Of a stretch of 64,000 nucleotides of DNA, positions 45,467 to 53,043 are shown piece after piece. Source of the DNA: Clostridia bacterium (GTDB lineage Bacteria; Bacillota; Clostridia; Christensenellales; Borkfalkiaceae); assembly GCA_017545865.1 (NCBI GenBank), contig JAFWXO010000013.1, positions 8,848 through 72,847 on the forward strand. The letters run 5' to 3'. The position numbers and the translations under genes are program-made. The notes under the pieces are model-generated. The model searched no databases. It saw nothing but the letters and a program-made list of their open reading frames with translations, and had not been told where the DNA came from. Within the stretch, counting starts at the first letter, position 1. Every line of letters starts with the position of its first letter.

Positions 45467-45630
45467 AGGCTCTGTCACAACCTATAACTGATAAGATTAT
45501 GCCTGAAACGTGGCGTAATACATCGTTAAAGCCACTCGGCAAGACAAAAAGTATTGCCTTCGGGCTTTGCCTTGTCTTCCACCGCGTTTGATGCATCCTC
45601 TTTAATCAGTTATAAATTGCGCCATAGCCT
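45467..45630 (+). ncRNA. candidate structured RNA / intergenic repeat element, copy A (family unknown)
   Basis: 164-nt imperfect rod. 45467-45496 pairs with 45601-45630 (including a perfect tataactgat / atcagttata), aaacgtggcg pairs with caccgcgttt (45506-45515 / 45580-45589), and there is a gcc-TTCG-ggc tip at 45556-45565. Shares sequence blocks with 60009-60132. Confidence 0.4.
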
Positions 45631-45667
45631 TAGTTAAAATAAAAAATAATTTGCATAATTTTAATCT

Positions 45668-45700
45668 AAAAAGTGGGTGATGCCCACTTTTTTATTTTGG
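45668..45700 (+). terminator. intrinsic terminator downstream of mgtC / element copy A
   Basis: aaaaagtggg / cccacttttt hairpin (45668-45677 / 45683-45692), followed by tattttggtttttt. Confidence 0.75.
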
Positions 45701-45745
45701 TTTTTTGAAAGTTTTTTAAAACTCGCAAAATATAACTGAAAAAGA

Positions 45746-45774
45746 TTGAAAAATTTTTATAAAAATAGTATTAT
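45746..45774 (+). promoter_or_regulatory. sigma-A type promoter for the DUF624-methyltransferase-hslO-TPR block
   Basis: TTGAAA (45746-45751), 17-nt spacer, TATTAT (45769-45774). Confidence 0.55.
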
Positions 45775-45816
45775 ATATGTATTAGTAAATAAATCGTTTG
45801 ATTTTTAAAGGAAATT

Positions 45817-47076
45817 ATGGCAAATAGAAGAAGAAAAGGTATATTTACAAGAATAATCGAAGGCCCTGAAAGGTCGGAAGATTACGCAAGAAAAACTCTC
45901 CCTTCTAACCGTTGGGCGCTCGGATGGGATTTATTTAAAACAAACCTTGGCAAACTTGTTAAAATCAATTTGTTAACGGTTCTTTTCACGTTCCCGTTAT
46001 TCTTGCTTATATATTTTAGAGATTTACTTATCAAATCGCAGTCTTTCGGCTCGATTTTCTCGAGAAATATCGGTATAGGTTATCCTGCAATTCCGTCAAC
46101 TCAAATGCTTGGCGTTAGCGAAAGCATCGTGTTTAGATCGGATATGACGATATTCGTTCTCTTGTTCATTTTAACTTTCTATATCGCAATCGGTATAGCA
46201 GGCGGTTTCTACGTTATGAGAAACTTGGTGTGGACTGAAGGCGTTTTCGTTGCATCTGACTTTTGGCGTGGCGTTAAGAAGAATTACGGCGTTGTTTTAA
46301 AGAGCAGTTTGCTTTTCGTTGTGATGTTTGCAATCTTAATTCTTTCAAAAGACTTGTGCGATATTCAAATAGCCACTAACTCAAACTTAAAATGGCTGTT
46401 TATGATAATTAAAATAGTTGGAATTATCGTTGCGGTGCTCGTTGCTCTCGTATACCTATTCAATATAACGCTCGGCGTAACTTACAAGTTAAAACTTGGC
46501 GCTCTTTTGAGAAACTCCGCTATTTTATCACTCGGTCTTGCGCCGTTCAACCTTTTCTTCGGCGCGTTCGCGCTCCTTCCTTTCCTTACCTTGCTTATAA
46601 ACACCACGAGCGTGTTCTTTGCGCTTGGAATTATGCTTATCTTATTACTTAGCGTTTCCGTGTTTATGCTTATTTGGACAAACTATTCGCAATGGGTGTT
46701 TGACGAAGTGGTTAACGATAACGTTGCCGGCGCTAAAAAATACCGCGGTATTCACAAGAAAGGCGAAGTTAAAGAAACTGAAAAGTTCGTTTATAAAAAG
46801 ACCGTTCTTACCGCTCGCCCCGTTAAACCTATTACAGATACCGAAGTTGAAATTCACGCTTTACCTGAAAGTTATTCAAGAGCCGATCTTATTCGCCTTC
46901 AAGAAAGTAAAAACTTTATGATTGAAGACAGTGAACGTTACGCTAACGAACACGCTAAAGATTATGAAGACAAAGAGGCAATTGAAAGTTTTATGGAAAG
47001 CGAGCCTAAAACGGTGGCAAGCAAGCCTAAAACTCAAACCAAATGGCAAAATCCTAAAAAGAAGGGTAAAAAATAA
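45817..47076 (+). CDS. YesL/DUF624-like polytopic membrane protein with long charged C-terminal extension
   Basis: 419 aa. N-terminal DUF624-like pattern (NRWALGWDLFKTNLGKLVKINLLTVLFTFPLF), about 6 TM segments, then about 130 hydrophilic residues ending in a Lys-rich tail. Confidence 0.6.
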   Translation: MANRRRKGIFTRIIEGPERSEDYARKTLPSNRWALGWDLFKTNLGKLVKINLLTVLFTFPLFLLIYFRDLLIKSQSFGSIFSRNIGIGYPAIPSTQMLGVSESIVFRSDMTIFVLLFILTFYIAIGIAGGFYVMRNLVWTEGVFVASDFWRGVKKNYGVVLKSSLLFVVMFAILILSKDLCDIQIATNSNLKWLFMIIKIVGIIVAVLVALVYLFNITLGVTYKLKLGALLRNSAILSLGLAPFNLFFGAFALLPFLTLLINTTSVFFALGIMLILLLSVSVFMLIWTNYSQWVFDEVVNDNVAGAKKYRGIHKKGEVKETEKFVYKKTVLTARPVKPITDTEVEIHALPESYSRADLIRLQESKNFMIEDSERYANEHAKDYEDKEAIESFMESEPKTVASKPKTQTKWQNPKKKGKK

Positions 47077-47816
47077 TGGGTCTTCTTCCTTATGAAGTCC
47101 TATCTCGTTACTACCAAAAACTTCTCTACGACGGTGACTACGATTGTTGGACGGAATATCTTTTAACCTTAGTTGAAAAGTATTCCCCAGAAAAATCGGG
47201 TGTTGACGTAGGCTGTGGAACGGGTATTTTCACAAGAAAACTCAAAAAAGCGGGGTTTAACGTGAGTGGCGTTGATATTTCTCAATCAATGCTCACCGTT
47301 GCCGAAACGCTCACGAGAAAGGACAAAATTAAGATAGATTATATTAAGGGCGATATGCGAAGTATTGCCCTTTTTAATAAGGTTGGGTTTATTTCCGTTG
47401 TTAACGACGGCTTAAACTACGTTGAAGGTAAGTTCGTTAAAAGAACATTTAAGTCCTTTAACAAATGCCTTTTAAAAGGTGGGCTTTTGATATTCGATTT
47501 GTCAACCGAATATAAACTCAGCGCAGTTTTAAACGGGCAAATGTATGGCGACGATAGTGAAGATCTTTCTTACGTTTGGCTTAGCGAATACGATAAAACG
47601 GTTAAAAAACTTGATATTAACATTTCTTTCTTTGAAAAACAAGGGGACGTGTATAAGCGTTACAACGAATATCAAACGCAGTACGCTCACTCTGTTGAGT
47701 TTATAAAAAACCAACTTATAGATTGTGGTTTTAACGTTGTTTCCATTACAAATCAGTTTGGAAAGGATATAAGCGAAAAAGAAGAAAGAGTTTTGTTTGT
47801 TGCGATAAAAAAATAG
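47076..47816 (+). CDS. class I SAM-dependent methyltransferase
   Basis: 246 aa. Motif I VDVGCGTGIF. Start shares one base with the upstream stop (TAATG). Confidence 0.8.
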   Translation: MGLLPYEVLSRYYQKLLYDGDYDCWTEYLLTLVEKYSPEKSGVDVGCGTGIFTRKLKKAGFNVSGVDISQSMLTVAETLTRKDKIKIDYIKGDMRSIALFNKVGFISVVNDGLNYVEGKFVKRTFKSFNKCLLKGGLLIFDLSTEYKLSAVLNGQMYGDDSEDLSYVWLSEYDKTVKKLDINISFFEKQGDVYKRYNEYQTQYAHSVEFIKNQLIDCGFNVVSITNQFGKDISEKEERVLFVAIKK

Positions 47817-47817
47817 T

Positions 47818-48687
47818 ATGGATAGAATTTATAAGACTTTACTTTTTGACGGTAAGATTTCGCTTGCTATTATTGAAAGCACGGATATCGTTAACAGGGC
47901 AATTGAATATCACGGGTTAACTCCCGTTACCGCCGCAACGCTCGGAAGAACGATGACGGCATCTTTGTTTATGGCTTCAAACCTTAAAAACAAAGGCGAT
48001 AAACTTTCCGTTACCGTGTGTGGTGACGGGCTTGGCGGTCACGTTATAGTAAGCGTTGATAGTTTGCTTAGAGTTCGCGGGTATATCGACAACCCAAAAG
48101 TTGATATTCCCTTAAACGAACACGGCAAGTTAGACGTTAAACGGGTTGTTGGCAAAGGCAGGCTCACGGTAGTTAGAAATATGGGCTTGAAAGAGCCTTA
48201 TTCTGGTTCTTCTGAAATAGTTTCGGGCGAACTTGCGGAAGACTTTGCTTACTATTACACCGTTTCCGAACAAGAGCCAACGGCTATGGCGCTCGGCGTA
48301 CTCATTGGCGATGGTGGAAAGTGCGTTGGCGCGGGCGGTATGGTTATGCAAGCGCTCCCCGGTTGTGACGATCAAACGGCTCTTGAAGCGCAAAAAATTA
48401 TTATGAAATACGGCGATATTAGTTCGCATATCAAAACTCGTGGCGCAAAAGGTATAAAAGACGAAGATTTTAAAGGTTATTACTTTACTGAAACTTTCCC
48501 TAAATACGAGTGCATTTGTTCAAAAGAGTATATTGACGCTTTGATTGTTTCGCTCGGAAGAGAAGAAGCGGAAGATATTTTGAACGAGCAGGGCGAAATC
48601 TCTATTGAGTGTCAATACTGCGATAAAAAATATAAGTATAATAAAGCGGACGTTGATGCGCTTTTTAGCGGAGAAAACGATGGCTAA
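47818..48687 (+). CDS. hslO: redox-regulated chaperone Hsp33
   Basis: 289 aa. Hsp33 fold sequence plus the C-terminal zinc/redox switch CxC...CxxC (ECICSKEY ... ECQYCDKKY). Confidence 0.88.
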   Translation: MDRIYKTLLFDGKISLAIIESTDIVNRAIEYHGLTPVTAATLGRTMTASLFMASNLKNKGDKLSVTVCGDGLGGHVIVSVDSLLRVRGYIDNPKVDIPLNEHGKLDVKRVVGKGRLTVVRNMGLKEPYSGSSEIVSGELAEDFAYYYTVSEQEPTAMALGVLIGDGGKCVGAGGMVMQALPGCDDQTALEAQKIIMKYGDISSHIKTRGAKGIKDEDFKGYYFTETFPKYECICSKEYIDALIVSLGREEAEDILNEQGEISIECQYCDKKYKYNKADVDALFSGENDG

Positions 48688-50317
48688 AATCTTTATAGAT
48701 AAAGACCGATTGCAATCGCTTTTAAACGTTTACGATAAAAAGTTTGAAAATAAAGATTATCTCGGCGCGCTTTTGACGGTTGATTCTATTGAAAAAGCAA
48801 GCGATGATAAGGCTTTTATAGCGGTTAAGCGCGCAAAATGTTATTTTGAAATGGGGCGCTACGCTCAAGCGGTTGACGAGTGGTTTAAATATTTAAACGT
48901 TGTTAAAAGTGAAAAAAATTACGCTCGAGCGTACAATGCGCTTGGAGCGTGTTTTTTCAAAATGGACGATGAAAAGGTTGCAAGTTACTATTTTAATCGC
49001 CAAATAATGAGTGATAAAAAGGCGGTTTTCGATTACTCTTACGTAACGGCGGAGTTTTTTGAAAGTATGCTTAGCACCGATAAAAACTACTACCTTGCAT
49101 ACCCCTTTGATAAAGCGGATATGACCGCCACCTTAAAAGAAGCGGAAGACCTTTTAAAAGGCGGGGATTACGACGGGGCTTTGAACATACTCTCTATAAT
49201 TCCAGAGAGTTCTAAGTTTTACGCAACTTCACTTATAACAACTTCTATCGCCAAGTATTTTAAAGGTGACGCACAAGGCGCTATAGAAGATATTGAACGC
49301 TCAATCTCGCTTGAACCAAACGTAATCTCGGTGTGCAACGCAATTTCAATGTTTACCGCCGAAAAAATGGATGAAAAAGCGGAAAAATATATGGAACTTT
49401 TAAAAAACCTTCCCGTAACTTCTGGGGAAGACGTTTATAAGATTTCTATGATATACTGCGAGCGTGGCGATGATGAAACGGCTTGTTCTTATGCAAAAAC
49501 TTACTTAAAAGAAAATCCGTACGATGCGCCCATGCTTTTACTATACGGCATTATGAACTATAACCTTAAACGGTTTGAAACCGCCGAGCAAAGTTTTTTA
49601 AAAGCATATCAAATAACGAGAAGTAGCGTTTGTAAATACTATATTGACCTTATTAAGAAAAATAGGCTTGAAAGGTTTGAATACACCTTTGACTTGCAGG
49701 CTGAAGATAGGCTTAAAATAATGAGAAAGATAGGCTCGTTTATGAAGGCAAGTAGCGAAGAAAGGCTTATTCGCCAAAGCGAAGTTTACGACCTTTCCGC
49801 TTACGCTTTCTACTCAAACTCCTATCAACTCCAGTCGTCTATAATCACGCTCCTTGGCGAACTTGCAACGGAAAACGCGATTGAAATTATGAAGAAAGCG
49901 CTTATCTCCATGAGCGTTTACGATAGGATAAAATCGGGTGTTTTAGGCTTTTTAACGGCCGACGGTTGCGATGAAGAGATCGGCGCGGTGTTTGGCAACG
50001 TTTTTAGGAAAATAAAGTTCTATAAGGCGGATTTCGGCGCTCAGGACACTGTGTTTACCGAAGCCTACGCTTACGTTTTTGCAAAACTTGCGCCTATGGA
50101 AAAGGATATGAAACCGATATATCTTTCCGCAATTTCTATTTATGAAAAGATAAAGGAAAAGGGCTTGCTTTTGGAAATTAAAGACGTTCGCTCCTTATCG
50201 GCGGTAATGTATGAACTATCAAGTATTGCAAAGATTAAGTCAAGGCGAGAGTTTGCTAACTTTTTTGAAGGTAATTTAAGGGAAATAAAGAGAATAAAAA
50301 GTTTAATTCAAGATTAA
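48680..50317 (+). CDS. tetratricopeptide-repeat (TPR) protein, function unknown
   Basis: About 545 aa from MAKIFIDKD (GGAGA at 48669-48673). Several TPR-like A/Y/L-patterned 34-residue units. The ORF-track start 48605 lies inside hslO. Confidence 0.65.
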   Translation: MAKIFIDKDRLQSLLNVYDKKFENKDYLGALLTVDSIEKASDDKAFIAVKRAKCYFEMGRYAQAVDEWFKYLNVVKSEKNYARAYNALGACFFKMDDEKVASYYFNRQIMSDKKAVFDYSYVTAEFFESMLSTDKNYYLAYPFDKADMTATLKEAEDLLKGGDYDGALNILSIIPESSKFYATSLITTSIAKYFKGDAQGAIEDIERSISLEPNVISVCNAISMFTAEKMDEKAEKYMELLKNLPVTSGEDVYKISMIYCERGDDETACSYAKTYLKENPYDAPMLLLYGIMNYNLKRFETAEQSFLKAYQITRSSVCKYYIDLIKKNRLERFEYTFDLQAEDRLKIMRKIGSFMKASSEERLIRQSEVYDLSAYAFYSNSYQLQSSIITLLGELATENAIEIMKKALISMSVYDRIKSGVLGFLTADGCDEEIGAVFGNVFRKIKFYKADFGAQDTVFTEAYAYVFAKLAPMEKDMKPIYLSAISIYEKIKEKGLLLEIKDVRSLSAVMYELSSIAKIKSRREFANFFEGNLREIKRIKSLIQD

Positions 50318-50344
50318 AAGGCTTTTCTAAAGAAAAGCCTTTTT
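50317..50344. terminator. bidirectional terminator between the TPR gene and the convergent ABC operon
   Basis: 11-bp stem aaaggcttttc / gaaaagccttt with loop taaa, T-run on the + side and A-run on the - side. Confidence 0.8.
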
Positions 50345-50345
50345 C

Positions 50346-51143
50346 TTATTTTTTAATAAGTAGTTTTTCAAGCAGCGAAACGCCAAGATACATAAGAGAA
50401 GCGAGCGCGCATAAAATCACGGTTGAAGCCATAACCAAATCAAGCCTAAACACTTGCCCGCCGTAAACTATAAGGTAGCCTATGCCTTGTTTGGAAACGA
50501 GATATTCGCCCATAATCGAGCCTATCCACGCCATACCCACGTTGATTTTCAAGGAAGATATAAACGTTTCAAGGCTTGATGGGAGAACGAGTTTTAGTAG
50601 AATTTGAACTTTGCTTGCCCCAAGCGAGCGCATAAGTAAAATCTTTCCGCTATCGGTAGATAAAAAGCCGTTTAGCATAGTGATAATCGTTACGATAATG
50701 GTAATTAAAACCGCCATAAAAACGATGGATTTCGTTCCCGCGCCAAACCAAACGATAATGATAGGGCCGAGCGCAATTTTTGGCAGTGAGTTTAGAACTA
50801 CTATATACGGCTCTAAAACCTTTCTTAAAAAATCACTCCACCAAAGCATAAGCGCAATAATCGTGCCGAGCGCCGTTGCGATAAAAAATCCAAGAAGCGT
50901 TTCGTAAAGGGTGGTAAATATATGTTTGCCTAGTTCTCCGCTTTTAAAAAGCGAGATAATCGTTTTTGAAATTTGGCTTGGCGAACTCATTAAAAAACTA
51001 TCGATTATATTTAGCCTTGCAAACAGTTCCCAAAGCCCTATTAAAATTGTAAGTATTAAAAATTGAGCAACCGTTATAAAGATTTTGTTATATTTTTGCT
51101 TTTTTAGGTAAGATTTTCTTTCTTTTGATAGGGGATTAGGCAT
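50346..51143 (-). CDS. ABC transporter permease (NitT/TauT nitrate/sulfonate/bicarbonate type)
   Basis: About 265 aa, 6 TM segments, EAA-like loop. ATG 51143 is preceded on the - strand by AAGGAG and overlaps the ATPase stop by 8 nt. The ORF-track start 51170 would overlap it by 35 nt. Confidence 0.8.
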   Translation of the reverse strand: MPNPLSKERKSYLKKQKYNKIFITVAQFLILTILIGLWELFARLNIIDSFLMSSPSQISKTIISLFKSGELGKHIFTTLYETLLGFFIATALGTIIALMLWWSDFLRKVLEPYIVVLNSLPKIALGPIIIVWFGAGTKSIVFMAVLITIIVTIITMLNGFLSTDSGKILLMRSLGASKVQILLKLVLPSSLETFISSLKINVGMAWIGSIMGEYLVSKQGIGYLIVYGGQVFRLDLVMASTVILCALASLMYLGVSLLEKLLIKK

Positions 51144-51897
51144 TGCAAAGCTCCTTCCAAATAACGTCAAACAATTTTGAAAACTCAGGCCTTTCTCTGC
51201 GTGAAATGGGCGTTAACGACGCATCGAATAAAAGCGTGTGTTCTTTAAAAACTTGCGCAGGGCGTTTTGTTAAAACTATAATTCTATCAGACATTGATAT
51301 GGCTTCTGATATATCGTGAGTAACGAGTATTGCCGTTTTGTTTTCGGAACGGATAATTTTGAAAACGTCGTCACTAACTTTAAGGCGAGTTTGAGAATCA
51401 AGGGCGGAAAAAGGCTCGTCAAGAAGCAATAAATCGGGGTTGAAAGAAAGTGTTCTTATAAGCGAAGCGCGTTGGCGCATACCGCCCGAAAGCGATGAAG
51501 GGCGGTGCTTTAAAAATTCGCCAAGCCCATACTTTTCAACGAGAGAAATCGCCCTTTCTCTTGCTGATTTATCCTTAATTTTTTTAATTTCTAAAGGAAG
51601 CGTTACGTTTCTTTCTATGTTTCGCCACGGAAAAAGTTCGTCACGCTGGAGCATATAGCCGATATTTTTATCCGTTTCCGAAAGATTTTTGCCCTTATAA
51701 ATTATTTCACCGCTACTTTGCTTTATTAGCCCGGCAATAAGTGATAACACGGTTGTTTTACCGCAACCCGATGGACCAATAATCGAAATAAACTCTGATT
51801 TTTTAACGGTAAAAGATAAATTTTTTAGCGCCTCGGTTTCGCCAACGCTTGTTTGATAGATAAGCGAAACGTTTTTAAATTTAAGTATATCGTCCAT
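51136..51897 (-). CDS. ABC transporter ATP-binding protein (NitT/TauT type)
   Basis: 253 aa. Walker A GPSGCGKTT, signature LSGGMRQR, Walker B LLLLDEP. Confidence 0.9.
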   Translation of the reverse strand: MDDILKFKNVSLIYQTSVGETEALKNLSFTVKKSEFISIIGPSGCGKTTVLSLIAGLIKQSSGEIIYKGKNLSETDKNIGYMLQRDELFPWRNIERNVTLPLEIKKIKDKSARERAISLVEKYGLGEFLKHRPSSLSGGMRQRASLIRTLSFNPDLLLLDEPFSALDSQTRLKVSDDVFKIIRSENKTAILVTHDISEAISMSDRIIVLTKRPAQVFKEHTLLFDASLTPISRRERPEFSKLFDVIWKELCNA

Positions 51898-51922
51898 AAT
51901 TTCTCCTTAGTTAAAAATTAGT

Positions 51923-52924
51923 TTAGCCGTAAAGTTCTAAGTATACTTCATTTGCTATTTTATTGTAAGCAATATCGCTATATTTAACGCCTTCAACCGA
52001 TTCGCCCGCATTAGAAATAACGCTAAGTAAAGTGTTAAACATAGGCTCGGTAAGGGCAAGGTGGCTCATCCAAGTGTCAACCGATTTATAGTTATCTAAA
52101 CTGTTTGCAGTAGCCTCAATATCCGCCCCTTTAAAATGCTTAACAAGTTCTTTTGCAACTTCTATGCTTGGCGTGGTTTCAACGTATTTAATCGCCTTAT
52201 AGAGTGCTTTTACAAACTTTTTAGCCTTTTCAGGTTGCTTATTTAAAAAACTTTCAAGGGCGATAAAAGAAGTGTAAGGAATTTCACCGCTATATTCGCC
52301 AACGCTTGCAACGATGTGGCCCTTTCCGCTTGAAACAAACTCAGTTGCAACGGGCTCAAACAAAGTTACGTAATCTGCAGAACTCGATTCAAAAGTGGGC
52401 GCCATAAGGTTGAATTGAATATCCGTTCTTAAATTTACGTCAACCCCGTCAACGAACCCTAAATTTTTAACGATATATTGAAAAGTCATTGCGGGGAGTC
52501 CGCCTTTTCTACCGATGATAATTTCTTTATTTTTAATATCTTGCCAAGTAAAGTTAGGCTCAGGCTTTTTAGAAATTAAAAAGCAACCGTCACGCTTTGT
52601 AAGTTGCGCAAACACTACTGGCGCGTCTTCACGCTTTTGGCGGTTAACGTAAACTGCGGTTTCGGGCCCTGCCAAAATAATATCGGCGTTTTTGCTAAGG
52701 AGCGCCGTCATAGAAACGTCAGACCCACCGCCGTTAGTAAGTTCAATTTCTAAGCCTTCTTCTTTAAAAAAGCCCTTTTCAATAGCAACGTAAAAGGGTG
52801 CATAGAAAAACGAGTCGGTTACTTCGTTAACTCTAATAACGTTGTCGTCACGCTGGTTTTTACAGCCAACGAGTGGAAACGTTAGTAAAATAAGTGTTGA
52901 TATAAATGCAATAATTTTTTTCAT
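51923..52924 (-). CDS. ABC transporter substrate-binding lipoprotein (NMT1/THI5-like)
   Basis: Starts MKKIIAFISTLILLTFPLVGC (lipobox LVGC). ATG 52924 is preceded by GGAGAGAG on the - strand. The ORF-track start 52987 adds 21 non-signal residues. Confidence 0.8.
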   Translation of the reverse strand: MKKIIAFISTLILLTFPLVGCKNQRDDNVIRVNEVTDSFFYAPFYVAIEKGFFKEEGLEIELTNGGGSDVSMTALLSKNADIILAGPETAVYVNRQKREDAPVVFAQLTKRDGCFLISKKPEPNFTWQDIKNKEIIIGRKGGLPAMTFQYIVKNLGFVDGVDVNLRTDIQFNLMAPTFESSSADYVTLFEPVATEFVSSGKGHIVASVGEYSGEIPYTSFIALESFLNKQPEKAKKFVKALYKAIKYVETTPSIEVAKELVKHFKGADIEATANSLDNYKSVDTWMSHLALTEPMFNTLLSVISNAGESVEGVKYSDIAYNKIANEVYLELYG

Positions 52925-52980
52925 TTTCTCTCTCCAAAAATTTAAAAGGAATAATACATAGTATTCTCGGCAAGTTTTAA

Positions 52981-53009
52981 TTGACAATAATTTAAAAATT
53001 TTATATACT
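52981..53009 (+). promoter_or_regulatory. sigma-A type promoter for valS
   Basis: TTGACA (52981-52986), 17-nt spacer, TATACT (53004-53009). This leaves roughly a 28-nt leader. Confidence 0.6.
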
Positions 53010-53043
53010 ATAAAAAGTTAATTACAATTTTGGAGAAATCGTA

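Noticed and set aside
45499-45591. 30-codon + strand ORF (MPETWRNTSLKPLGKTKSIAFGLCLVFHRV) as a type I toxin, and a 45-codon - strand ORF (45459-45596).
   Set aside because: There is no SD before either ATG. The hydrophobic stretch is only about 10 residues, too short for a TM helix. The - strand frame is interrupted by a stop in copy B. The + strand frame conservation is reported as a caveat in the findings, not as a gene.
45467-45630. Assigning element copy A as 6S RNA (long rod with an internal loop, about 165 nt).
   Set aside because: The architecture is compatible, but I cannot recall a matching consensus. The internal loop (9 x 11 nt) is small, and the homologous copy B lacks the closing stem entirely, which is not expected for a 6S paralogue. 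It remains a low-probability alternative to be tested by cmscan.
45467-45630. Integron attC site (an imperfect palindrome starting right after a stop codon) or a hammerhead ribozyme (CUGAUAA...GAAAC at 45488-45509).
   Set aside because: The ends do not fit RYYYAAC / GTTRRRY core sites, and no integron integrase or cassette array is present. The hammerhead-like string has A where the essential G of CUGAUGA should be and lacks the three-stem junction.
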